DNA of 64,000 nucleotides from a bacterium (GTDB lineage Bacteria; UBA10199; 2-02-FULL-44-16; JAAZCA01): NCBI GenBank assembly GCA_021810905.1, contig JAJZQH010000003.1, positions 1,897 to 65,896 of the forward strand, read 5' to 3'. Shown piece by piece: positions 10,676 to 19,174 of this stretch (position 1 is its first letter; each line of letters starts with the position of its first letter). The notes under the pieces were generated by a model. It saw only the letters and a program-made list of their open reading frames with translations, ran no database searches and was not told where the DNA came from. The position numbers and the translations under genes were made by a program.

Positions 10676-10700
10676 TTCCAAGCCGCCTATCAATAAAAGA

Positions 10701-10715
10701 GCAACGATGGTGCCA
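10701..10715 (-). promoter_or_regulatory. Candidate sigma-54 (-24/-12) promoter for hypE-hypF-rSAM-hydrolase-ureohydrolase-NRPS operon
   Basis: The minus strand reads TGGCAC-CATCG-TTGCT, an exact match to the TGGCAC-N5-TTGCW consensus. It sits about 25 nt upstream of the hypE ATG. Confidence 0.5.
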
Positions 10716-10883
10716 AATTTCGCGAGTCACCGGCAAAGCCAGAGATTATACGGTCCGCACAAAATAAGCCCTTCGCAAACATAGTGAGCACAGTGTTACA
10801 CATGCAAAAAAAAAGCAAGGGCAATACAAATGAATTCATATCCCAAACCTTACAGGTCGAAAAGTTAACCGCGCTCAAAAATG

Positions 10884-10914
10884 AGAGAACGGGAGGGGAC
10901 GTCCCGTTCTCTCA
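10884..10914 (-). terminator. Rho-independent terminator (minus strand)
   Basis: A 12-bp perfect stem GAGAGAACGGGA...TCCCGTTCTCTC is followed on the minus strand by ATTTTTGAGC. It lies about 20 nt after the stop of the small ORF 10935..11228. Confidence 0.45.
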
Positions 10915-10934
10915 GGTTGAACTGCTTCGAAAAC

Positions 10935-11228
10935 CTATGCCTCTTTAGGCGATCTGTGATAGCGATTCTTACGCTTGCCATCGCGTTGATTGAGCTCATG
11001 ATATATGAAAGTGGACAACGTCTTGATGACTCTCTCTTCCAGGGGGAGGAGATTCTCTCGCGCCAGCTCTCTCTTCCACCTCTTCGATATGCCGCGAAGA
11101 AAGAGGACGATGCGCTCCACCGTGCGGCCGTCCAGGTGTCCGATGCGGACGTCGGCCTTCTGAATCCTGTTATGGTCAAATCTCAGAGGCCTGAAATCAG
11201 CATTCAAGCGCTTCAAGAACGCCTGCAT
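10935..11228 (-). CDS. Hypothetical small basic protein (97 aa)
   Basis: The ORF ends 20 nt before a strong terminator hairpin. No recognisable family; the evidence is weak. Confidence 0.3.
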   Translation of the reverse strand: MQAFLKRLNADFRPLRFDHNRIQKADVRIGHLDGRTVERIVLFLRGISKRWKRELARENLLPLEERVIKTLSTFIYHELNQRDGKRKNRYHRSPKEA

Positions 11229-11300
11229 GAGTCCTGATGCCTTATTCCTCCTGGTCTCATCTTTCGGTAGATGGAAATCGTCCAGGGGCTCGTCTTTCTT

Positions 11301-11939
11301 CTATCGGAAATAGGATGCGATCAACGAGGCTGCGATGAAGGCCATGATGCACCCGATGATGATATCCAGCCACCTCCATACGACGGCTCTCTTCAAGATG
11401 GAAGAGAGAAGGTGCGAGAAGAGCGCCAACGCGGAAAACCAGAGGAGTTCCGCCAGAAAAATGCCGAGGAGAAAGAAGGGCCTTTGAGGGAGAGATAATT
11501 GCCCGCCGACGCTGCCGATCAGGACGATGTTGTCCAACAGCGCATGCGGATTTAACCAGGAGAAGGCGAGAGTCGAGGCGACGATCTTTCCCAACGTAGG
11601 ACCGTTCGGCATGCCTCCGTTTGCGTTGAGGACTTTCGGTCTGATCGCCGACTTGAAGGAGAGGAATCCGTAATACAGGAGAAACAGGGCTCCTCCCCAA
11701 AGGGCGACGTTTTTCACCGTGGGCGAACGGGAAATGAAGAACCCCACGCCGTAGACCCCGGCCACGGCGAGGGAGACGTTCAGGATGATCGAGAGGGCGG
11801 CGATCGTCAGGACGTGTTGACGTTGCAGCCCCTGCCGCAGGACGAACGCATTCTGCGCGCCGATGGCAACGATGAGGCCGAGATTGAGGGCCAGTCCCTG
11901 GGAGAGAGGAGTGAGCGAGCAATCCATCAAGTTCATCAT
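11301..11939 (-). CDS. LysE/ArgO-family amino-acid exporter
   Basis: Six predicted TM helices and the N-terminal signature GLALNLGLIVAIGAQNAFVLRQG, typical of the LysE/ArgO family. Confidence 0.8.
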   Translation of the reverse strand: MMNLMDCSLTPLSQGLALNLGLIVAIGAQNAFVLRQGLQRQHVLTIAALSIILNVSLAVAGVYGVGFFISRSPTVKNVALWGGALFLLYYGFLSFKSAIRPKVLNANGGMPNGPTLGKIVASTLAFSWLNPHALLDNIVLIGSVGGQLSLPQRPFFLLGIFLAELLWFSALALFSHLLSSILKRAVVWRWLDIIIGCIMAFIAASLIASYFR

Positions 11940-11996
11940 AAGCGTATTTTCGAATTTTTCAATATCCGTTCCTTATGGTTCTACTACAATGAATCC

Positions 11997-12783
11997 ATGA
12001 GATACCTCTACGTGATTCTTCTGTTCGCTTTTCTGGTGGCTCCGCTCGCGTCCTGCGGTTCGAGTACGACAACGGTTTTTGATTTGAGAATGGCGCAGAC
12101 GCTGCAGCAATCGCTGGATCGCTCGGTGAGCGAGCTCAACATCCCGGGCGCGGTCATGGCGGTACGCGCGCCCGACGGGTCGATCTGGTCCGGCGCCAGC
12201 GGCTACGCAACGCTCCCCAACTCTGCTCAACCTTCCGGCGTGCGCATGACGACCGACATGCACCTGCGCATTGCCAGCATGATCAAGTCTTTCACTGCCA
12301 CGATGATCCTCCAGCTCGTGGACGAGGGGAAGCTCACGCTCGACGAGACGCTGGATCAGGTCATGGCGCAGTGGTTCGCGCCCGGCGTCATCGACTTCGC
12401 GATACCCTACAGCGACGCCATCACGATCAGGCACCTGCTCGAGATGCGCAGCGGCATGCCGAATTATTCCAATACGCCGGCCTTCTTAGCCCTGCTCGCG
12501 CAGCAGCCGCCGCAGCCGGTGGAAGCGAAGGAGCTCATCCGCATGAGCGTGCAGAGCGCCAATCCTGCTCCATATCCGCCGGACACTCGTATGGAATACT
12601 GCAACACCAACTACATCGTGCTCGGGATGATCGTCGAACAGGTCACGGGCAACCCCTACGCCGTTGAATGGCATCGTCGTCATCACCAACGGCGAACGGG
12701 GCGCACATCCAGAAGCCGGCCGTCACCCCGCACGCTCGATCTTCTGGAACGCGGTCCGGGACGCGGGCATTTATTTGCCATGA
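11997..12783 (+). pseudogene. Serine hydrolase (beta-lactamase/PBP4*-family), apparently disrupted by internal deletion plus +1 frameshift
   Basis: A signal peptide and the SxxK motif (ASMIKSF) are in frame 0 up to ...QVTGNPYA (about 12660). The C-terminal block GIVVITNGERG...IFWNAVRDAGIYLP* then continues in frame +1 from 12661, and the HTG/KTG region is missing. This could also be a sequencing error. Confidence 0.45.
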
Positions 12784-12820
12784 GAGCGCATGCGCCTGCT
12801 CAGCATTTTGAGCGAGCGCT

Positions 12821-13552
12821 TCAATTCGTCGCTGATCTCAACCGGATGAAGACCTGCTTCATTCCCGGATAGAGCACCTTGGAGGGCGAGAGCTTCATGC
12901 GCGCGCTGCCCGCGTAATCAACGAGCTTATATGCCATGTCCAGATGCGGGGCATCCGCGGACGTTGAAAACTTCGTGCCCACTCCGAATCCGTCGATCGG
13001 CGCGCCGCGGTCGAGCAATCTTTTGATCTCATATTCGTCGAGGCTGCTGGAGGCGAAGATCTTCACGTTTCTGAGGCCAGCGGCGTCAAGCCGTTCCCTC
13101 GCCGCCTTGGAGAGCGAGAGCAGATTGCCGGAGTCGAGCCGGATGGCATTGATGCGGAAACGTCGTCCGAGCCTTCGGCTCAGTTCGACCACCTTTTCCA
13201 CGCCGCCAATTGTGTCGTAGGTATCGACCAGGATCGTAGAGCCTGGATAGAGACGCGCGAATCGCTCAAAGGCTTCCAGTTCATCGTCGTGCGCCTGGAT
13301 GTAGCTGTGAGCCATGGTCCCGAAGAGCGGAATGCCGAAGATTTTTGACGCGAGCACGTTCGATGTACCGGCGAAACCAGCGAGATAGCCGCTCCTGGCG
13401 GCAAGCAACCCCGCCTCAATTCCGTGCGCGCGCCTCGATCCGAAATCTACGACCGCTCTGCCCAAAGCCGCGCGGACGATGCGCGAGGCCTTTGTGGCGA
13501 TCGCGCTCTGAAAATGGATCTGGTTATGGTGGCGCCGAGGATGAGATGGACC
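12821..13552 (-). pseudogene. Nicotinate phosphoribosyltransferase (pncB-like), N-terminally truncated/frameshifted fragment
   Basis: The C-terminal 214 aa are intact (DFGSRRA, GTMAHSY, DSGNL motifs). In-frame upstream sequence (GPSHPRRHHNQIHFQSAIATKASRIVRAALGR) was translated by hand, giving 13466-13552 as plausible continuation, and hits a stop at 13553-13555. Only about 115 codons remain before the next gene, so the N-terminal domain is not in frame. Confidence 0.5.
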
Positions 13553-13809
13553 TCAAATCCTTCGCGCAGGCCGTCGAGAACGGTCTCGAATACGCAGACC
13601 TCGAGCACCAGCCCGCAGACCCATAGCCGAGCGACGCCAGCCTTGCGCAGATCAGCGGCGAGAGGGCATCACGTAAAAGCGGAATATTCCTCAATATCGC
13701 TCGCAGCGGCCTTGAGGAGGATCGTGGCGTCGTCAGGGAGATCGACGATGATGAGCGCGTCCGATGTGGCGTGAGTTCTGGAATGAGCCGAGTCATAAAG
13801 TTCAATCAA

Positions 13810-14535
13810 TCACCTTGGCGTGAACTGCGAAAGATCGTAGATGCCGAGGCGCTTTTCGATCTCCACTACACGCCCCACTATCCTTTCAAAACCGTTCTCG
13901 CCAAAGAGCGCGTGTTCTTTGTCTTCGAATGCATCGCCCATCTGTTCGTATTCCTCTGCAGTTACTATCGTGCGCAGCGCTGGGAAGAGCACGGTGTCCT
14001 CGCGCGCCTCATGCGGACCATACATACGGATGAACTGATCGAGGGCCTGGGCCAAGGCGCGGCGATCTTGCGGCGCCTTCATCGCACGCGCGTCGGAAAG
14101 CTTGAGGGCAATGTCGGTAAGCTTGCGCCCGGCGCGATGCTGCGCGATCAACACGCCGACGAGATCCACGAGCTTGCCGGCCTTCAGAAATCGAGGGAAG
14201 AGGTGCTCTTCCTCTAGTCTCTCATGATAATCCTCTATGAATGAACGAATGATACCCGCGGCATCAGCGACTGCCGTGGGTTGAAGCTCCTCTCCGGCAT
14301 TGATACGGCGGATCGCCTCTCCGTAGATGAGCAGGATGCGCTTGAGCACTCCATGCTCCCTCATGAGATCCTCAGCCGGCGAGATTTCCTGCAAAGCGTT
14401 CGGACACGGCGATTGCTTCTGCTGGCCCGCCAGTTGCCGTGGCGACGCCGCGCAGACGGCCACTAGAAACGTTGCGCACATCGCCACTGCGGCCTGCACA
14501 AAGATCTTCCGACGTATTTTTTTCAGTCCGCGCAT
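13810..14535 (-). CDS. Secreted hemerythrin-like (HHE cation-binding) domain protein
   Basis: A signal peptide is followed by LMREHGVLKRIL...EEEHLFP, the hemerythrin-like metal-binding pattern. Confidence 0.65.
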   Translation of the reverse strand: MRGLKKIRRKIFVQAAVAMCATFLVAVCAASPRQLAGQQKQSPCPNALQEISPAEDLMREHGVLKRILLIYGEAIRRINAGEELQPTAVADAAGIIRSFIEDYHERLEEEHLFPRFLKAGKLVDLVGVLIAQHRAGRKLTDIALKLSDARAMKAPQDRRALAQALDQFIRMYGPHEAREDTVLFPALRTIVTAEEYEQMGDAFEDKEHALFGENGFERIVGRVVEIEKRLGIYDLSQFTPR

Positions 14536-14671
14536 GGGATCGCTCCTTGCGAATGCTGATTATGACATGGCAATAATGAAAAATACCAGCTACATTTGTG
14601 AATCAACAAAAAACGATTGCACAGCTGCGCCGCGAGCGGCTAGTGCTGAACGCTCAAGAGGAGCAACATCC

Positions 14672-15838
14672 ATGGTCAAACTCGGCATTGAGAAACTCAT
14701 CGAAGATCCATCCATTCTCAAAGGGAAACGCACGGGGCTCGTGGGCAGCGCCACCAGCGTTGATCGCAATTTTCGATCCGCGGTCGATTTGCTCCACGAC
14801 CATCCCGGCGTCCGGCTCACGACTATCTTCGGCTGTCAGCAGGGATTCTGGGGCGAGACTCAGGACAACATGATCGAGTGGGAATCGTGCAGATATCCAA
14901 TCCACGATCTGCCGCTCTACAGCCTCTACGGCAAGGAGCGCAAGCCGACCGCGAAGATGCTCAAGGACGTGGACGCGCTGGTCTTTGACATCCAGGACGT
15001 GGGCACGAGGATCTACACCTTCATTTGGACGATGGCCAATTGCATGCAGGCATGCGCAGATCTCGGCAAGGAATTCGTCGTCTGCGACAGGCCGAATCCG
15101 ATAAACGGTGTTGCCGTGGAGGGCAACGTCTCGCAGGAGGAATTCGCATCGTTCGTAGCATTATACGCGCTGCCGCTGCGGCACGGGATGACCGTGGGCG
15201 AAATAGCGGAATACGTGAATGGAGAATTCAAGCCGGGCTGCAGGCTCACTGTTATGAAGATGGAAGGATGGAGGAGGGAACAGTGGCTCGATGAGACCGA
15301 CGCGCCGTGGGTAATTCCATCCGCGAACATGCCTACGCTTGAAACCGCGGTCGTTTATCCGGGCACGGTGATCTTCGAAGGGACGAATATCTCGGAGGGC
15401 CGCGGAACGACGAGGCCGTTCGAGTTCGTGGGCGCGCCGTTCATCGACGGATTCAAGCTCGCGGCAATGCTTGAAGGATACAAACTTTCCGGCGTGTTCT
15501 TCAGGCCGTGCTTCTTTTTGCCGACGTTCAGCAAATTCGCCGGTCAAAACTGCGGCGGCGTTCAGCTCCATGTTACCGACCGCGGCGCGTTCCTGCCCGT
15601 CAAGACGGCCCTCGCAATACTCAAGACGATCATGGACCTCTATCCCGGCGAATTCGCGTGGAAGGAGCCTCCTTACGAATACACGTTCGACAAATTGCCC
15701 ATCGACATGATCTTCGGCTGCGATTGGATTAGAAAAGAACTGGAGAAAAAAGCCAGCGTTGAAACCATCCTCGACAGGGCGGAGATAGAGCTGAAAGACT
15801 TCATGCCGCGTAGAGAAAAATATCTGCTGTATCGATGA
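14672..15838 (+). CDS. DUF1343 / NamZ-like exo-beta-N-acetylmuramidase family protein
   Basis: Conserved across its length with the DUF1343 family (GVRLTTIFGCQQGFWGETQDNM, VFDIQDVGTRIYTF, VVCDRPNPINGV). An AGGAG RBS precedes the ATG at 14672. Confidence 0.75.
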   Translation: MVKLGIEKLIEDPSILKGKRTGLVGSATSVDRNFRSAVDLLHDHPGVRLTTIFGCQQGFWGETQDNMIEWESCRYPIHDLPLYSLYGKERKPTAKMLKDVDALVFDIQDVGTRIYTFIWTMANCMQACADLGKEFVVCDRPNPINGVAVEGNVSQEEFASFVALYALPLRHGMTVGEIAEYVNGEFKPGCRLTVMKMEGWRREQWLDETDAPWVIPSANMPTLETAVVYPGTVIFEGTNISEGRGTTRPFEFVGAPFIDGFKLAAMLEGYKLSGVFFRPCFFLPTFSKFAGQNCGGVQLHVTDRGAFLPVKTALAILKTIMDLYPGEFAWKEPPYEYTFDKLPIDMIFGCDWIRKELEKKASVETILDRAEIELKDFMPRREKYLLYR

Positions 15839-15874
15839 GGAACAACCTGCTCATCCCTGTTTCTAGATCAAATG

Positions 15875-15903
15875 AAAAGGGCCGCGATCTGCGGCCCTTT
15901 TCT
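15875..15903. terminator. Bidirectional rho-independent terminator between convergent genes
   Basis: AAAAGGGCCGCGATCTGCGGCCCTTTTCT: a 7-bp GC stem flanked by an A-run and a T-run. Confidence 0.6.
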
Positions 15904-15929
15904 ATCGCGATTCAGTTCTCGCGCTGAAT

Positions 15930-16340
15930 TTATTTCACGTCCAGTAACTCCACCTCGAAGATCAGATTCGCATTCGGCGGTATGGCGGAACCTGCGCCGC
16001 GCGCGCCATAGCCGAGGTTAGCGGGTATCATGAGCGTGCGCTTTCCGCCCACCTTCATTCCGGCAACGCCCTCATCCCAGCCCTTGATCACCATGCCCGC
16101 GCCGAGTGAAAATGAAAACGGCTTGCCATGATCGAGGGAACTGTCGAACTTCTTGCCCTTCTTGCCGTTCTCGTCGAGCCAGCCGGTGTAGTTGACGAAG
16201 ACTGTCTTTCCGGCCGTGGCCACGGTACCCGTGCCCACCTTCACGTCCTCATAAGAGAGGCCGCTCTTGGTCTTCGTGACGCCCGCAAAGCAGACTGCCG
16301 AGATCGCCATCAACGCCACCGTCATCATCGCGATTTTCAT
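15930..16340 (-). CDS. FKBP-type peptidyl-prolyl cis-trans isomerase (secreted)
   Basis: A signal peptide plus the FKBP domain (VNYTGWLDENGKKFDSS...GWDEGVAGMKVGGKRTLMIPANLGYG). An AAGGGGGA RBS precedes the ATG at 16340. Confidence 0.8.
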   Translation of the reverse strand: MKIAMMTVALMAISAVCFAGVTKTKSGLSYEDVKVGTGTVATAGKTVFVNYTGWLDENGKKGKKFDSSLDHGKPFSFSLGAGMVIKGWDEGVAGMKVGGKRTLMIPANLGYGARGAGSAIPPNANLIFEVELLDVK

Positions 16341-16385
16341 TTGTCCCCCTTTTCTCAAGTTAAAGGAATTCATCATCACAGAGAG

Positions 16386-17618
16386 TCAGCATCCGACCGG
16401 ACATCCGCATACTCCCGGCACGCTCGTGCCTGGCACACTCGTGTCGGGCGGGCATTGCGAATTCGAGGTACAGACCCCGCCAGTGTCGCAGTAGCAGGTA
16501 CAGTCTGTTCCGCCGGTGTTGCCTCCTGTATTGCCGCCGCCCGTGTTTCCGCCTCCACTGCCCGTGGATGCGGGGCATGCCCCCCAGGTGCAACCTGTAC
16601 CGCACTGTTTTGTGCCATCAGGATAGCAGGGCATGTACGAGCCCGGCGTGCACTGATAATCGTTCGGGCACGTGGGAAGTATTGCACCAGGACTGACGAC
16701 GCCGCTCTGTTGTAACGAGCCTGGTGAGATGTAAGTGTTTGCCATAGTGACGAGCCCGCTGCCGTCGTTCATGACCTGGACGGCGCTGTCGAGCGTGTTG
16801 CTGGATACATCAAGCGCCGCGCTCACGCAGGACCCCGCATCTCCGAGCGTGCATTTAAAGACGTCGACTCCCGTAAGAATGCTTCCGGCGTCCCCGAGAT
16901 TTTCGAGCCACGTCTCGTCGCCCATCACCACAGTTGCAGTCGTCACGATGACGCCGGCGCACGGAAGCGCCATTGCGCCGAGGGAGACTGTCGTGGCTAC
17001 ACCGCAGGCGCCTACGGAAATGCCCAGCCCCGCAAACTTGAGCAGCTCCGCGAGGTTTTTGACGTCGGAGTCGCAGGCCGGGAAGCAGGTCGACTTGGTT
17101 GAAGCCGAACTGCTGCTGACGGCACTGGCGCCACCGGCGCCGGTAATTAAGTTCGAGGCTTCCGCGGGAACGCTAACCCTCCTGAACACTTCTACGTAAT
17201 CTGTCGGAACGTAGATCTTCGCGATATCGACCGTCCCCGCGCTCAGGTCCCAGTTGGAGAAGAGAAGGATGAAGTCGCCCATGACCGTCCTGTAAGGCAG
17301 CCCGTCGGCGCCAAAGAAAACCGCCACATTGCCGCCCGTGGCGTTGGTCCAGAGTGCGCCCACAATCTTCTCGGTGGTTCCGCTGGAACCGGGAATCGCA
17401 TTGCTCACCAGCGGGAGGAGCATCTCGCCGTCTTTGTTCACCATAATCGCGCCGAGCGAATCTTTGCTCTGCATCACGGCCGCGACCTCGGGCGTATTTT
17501 CGTTGCTGCCGCTCGTACTCCCAGCGCTCCCGCTTCCGCTCGTTCCGCTGCCTACCGATATGCATGAAACGACAGACGGAAGAAAGCAGAGCATCATCAT
17601 AACCAGTATTTTTCTCAT
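16386..17618 (-). CDS. Secreted lipoprotein with Gly-rich linker and Cys-rich C-terminus (paralog A of 52619..53983)
   Basis: Lipobox VVSC. It shares an identical 50-aa block KSTCFPACDSD[VA]KNLAELLKFAGLGISVGACGVATTVSLGAMALPCAGV with the + strand ORF at 52619. Confidence 0.7.
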   Translation of the reverse strand: MRKILVMMMLCFLPSVVSCISVGSGTSGSGSAGSTSGSNENTPEVAAVMQSKDSLGAIMVNKDGEMLLPLVSNAIPGSSGTTEKIVGALWTNATGGNVAVFFGADGLPYRTVMGDFILLFSNWDLSAGTVDIAKIYVPTDYVEVFRRVSVPAEASNLITGAGGASAVSSSSASTKSTCFPACDSDVKNLAELLKFAGLGISVGACGVATTVSLGAMALPCAGVIVTTATVVMGDETWLENLGDAGSILTGVDVFKCTLGDAGSCVSAALDVSSNTLDSAVQVMNDGSGLVTMANTYISPGSLQQSGVVSPGAILPTCPNDYQCTPGSYMPCYPDGTKQCGTGCTWGACPASTGSGGGNTGGGNTGGNTGGTDCTCYCDTGGVCTSNSQCPPDTSVPGTSVPGVCGCPVGC

Positions 17619-17712
17619 AATCCCTCCTGCACGTTATGCGGCGCCAGATAGCTCATGTCGCAACCATTGTCTAGGTCTGCTTTCAACGGAATCGCAAAAA
17701 AAACGGCCCAAA

Positions 17713-19077
17713 CTATCTCTGCTTCGCGAACATCACCGGCACCTGTATGCCGCCGCCGCTCACGTTCACCTTGAAGCCGCGGTTGGTGGCGCGCGTGATG
17801 AATCCGCCCACGTTGAAGTTGGTGAAGCGCGCACCGTCCCAGTCGTAGTGGACGTAGACGCCGACGTCTGCAATCACGCGCCTGGGTCTGGAGAGAAAAC
17901 CTGCCACGTCAATCGTATTGAGATCGATGCGATCCTGGAGAACCCAGTACTTGTGATCTTTATGAAGTATGCGCGCGAGCCGCGCTGGAATTTTTTTCCC
18001 AACAAATACGTGCTCGCCTCCCATGCCATCAGCGTACTTGAGCACGAGCCTTGAAGGACGATGGAGCGCTTCTTCTTCGTTGCCTCTCAACAATCTCGCA
18101 GGAACGATCGTATCCGCGAGCCTCTCCGCGCGCGCCTCGCCTATGAGGCGCCTGAGAATATTTTTATCCTCGAGCACGGTGAGGATCGTCTTTGGCGCTA
18201 CGAGTCCAGTGATGAACGGACTGTAGTGAGGTGTCTCGGACCGCACGAGGTCGCGGAAGAATCCCGGGGCCTCTTTCAAATCTTTGAGTTCGAAGCTGTA
18301 CGAGAGCTGGAATGCATCCGGAGGCCTTGTATTTGCTCCGATCTGCAGCTTGCCATCCCTGAGACGGACGCATTCGCGCGAGAGGAGTTTGCAATCTTCA
18401 TCGAGCTTCACCTTGAAGGCGGATGGAGAGACGAGCCGCATGTCGAGTCCGATCGCGCGCGCCTTTTTAAGGATCACCTCCTCTTCCCAGTTGTACAGCT
18501 CGTACTGGAAGCGCACGAAACGCCTGCCGAGCCTTCGCATGTTGCGCACTTCGCTCGCGGCGGTATCGAGGCATATCACCTCGCGCCTAAGTATCGGAAA
18601 GAGCTTGAGGATCGTCTCTTGAATGAACGACGAGCGGCCGGTTCCGTCGAAGCCGATATCGTTCACCTCCATGAGCTTCGGCGGATTATCGGGACTGGGC
18701 TTTCCCACCACCGCCATATCGAATCGCAGGCTGCCGATGATGCGCCGCTTTCTGTGCTTGAGCACGCCGAGCTCGCGGATCATATACTCCGAGATAGGCG
18801 TTGGCGGCAGGAGTTCCCTGATCTCGTCGGAAGGCAGCGAGAGAATCCGCATGAGCGATTCGGTGATATCGCGACACGTGCGCCTTATGACCGGAAGATA
18901 CGACGCGGGAAGGATGCGCGGGAGCGCGGAACAATCGTGATCGTTGATGCCGATGAGCCCGGAATCCGCGAACTCGTTCCACAGCTCGGCCTTGAGAGCT
19001 CTGAGGTCGCGCTCCCTGAAGAGCCTCGCGAGCTTCGATGGAAGGGCCTCGTGAAAATGACGGTGTCTTGGAAACAT
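17713..19077 (-). CDS. Hypothetical protein (454 aa; possibly ATP-grasp-like, unverified)
   Basis: Long uninterrupted ORF in an operon-like arrangement. No motif recognised with confidence. Confidence 0.55.
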   Translation of the reverse strand: MFPRHRHFHEALPSKLARLFRERDLRALKAELWNEFADSGLIGINDHDCSALPRILPASYLPVIRRTCRDITESLMRILSLPSDEIRELLPPTPISEYMIRELGVLKHRKRRIIGSLRFDMAVVGKPSPDNPPKLMEVNDIGFDGTGRSSFIQETILKLFPILRREVICLDTAASEVRNMRRLGRRFVRFQYELYNWEEEVILKKARAIGLDMRLVSPSAFKVKLDEDCKLLSRECVRLRDGKLQIGANTRPPDAFQLSYSFELKDLKEAPGFFRDLVRSETPHYSPFITGLVAPKTILTVLEDKNILRRLIGEARAERLADTIVPARLLRGNEEEALHRPSRLVLKYADGMGGEHVFVGKKIPARLARILHKDHKYWVLQDRIDLNTIDVAGFLSRPRRVIADVGVYVHYDWDGARFTNFNVGGFITRATNRGFKVNVSGGGIQVPVMFAKQR

Positions 19078-19103
19078 GGTGCAACGTATATCTCAACGGC
19101 GGA

Positions 19104-19121
19104 AATTTTTCACGGATTATC
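19104..19121 (-). promoter_or_regulatory. Conserved 18-nt AT-rich motif (copy 1) upstream of 17713..19077
   Basis: AATTTTTCACGGATTATC (gene strand GATAATCCGTGAAAAATT) lies 27-44 nt upstream of the start. The same 18-mer occurs at 21877..21894. Confidence 0.35.
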
Positions 19122-19174
19122 ATAATATCAAAACGGGGCGAGTCACCAAGGTCATCCGCCGAGCGATTGCCTCG

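Noticed and set aside
11257-11922. 221-aa minus-strand ORF overlapping the LysE gene in another frame
   Set aside because: Arg/Pro-rich low-complexity translation. The overlapping frame encodes a well-conserved LysE/ArgO transporter.
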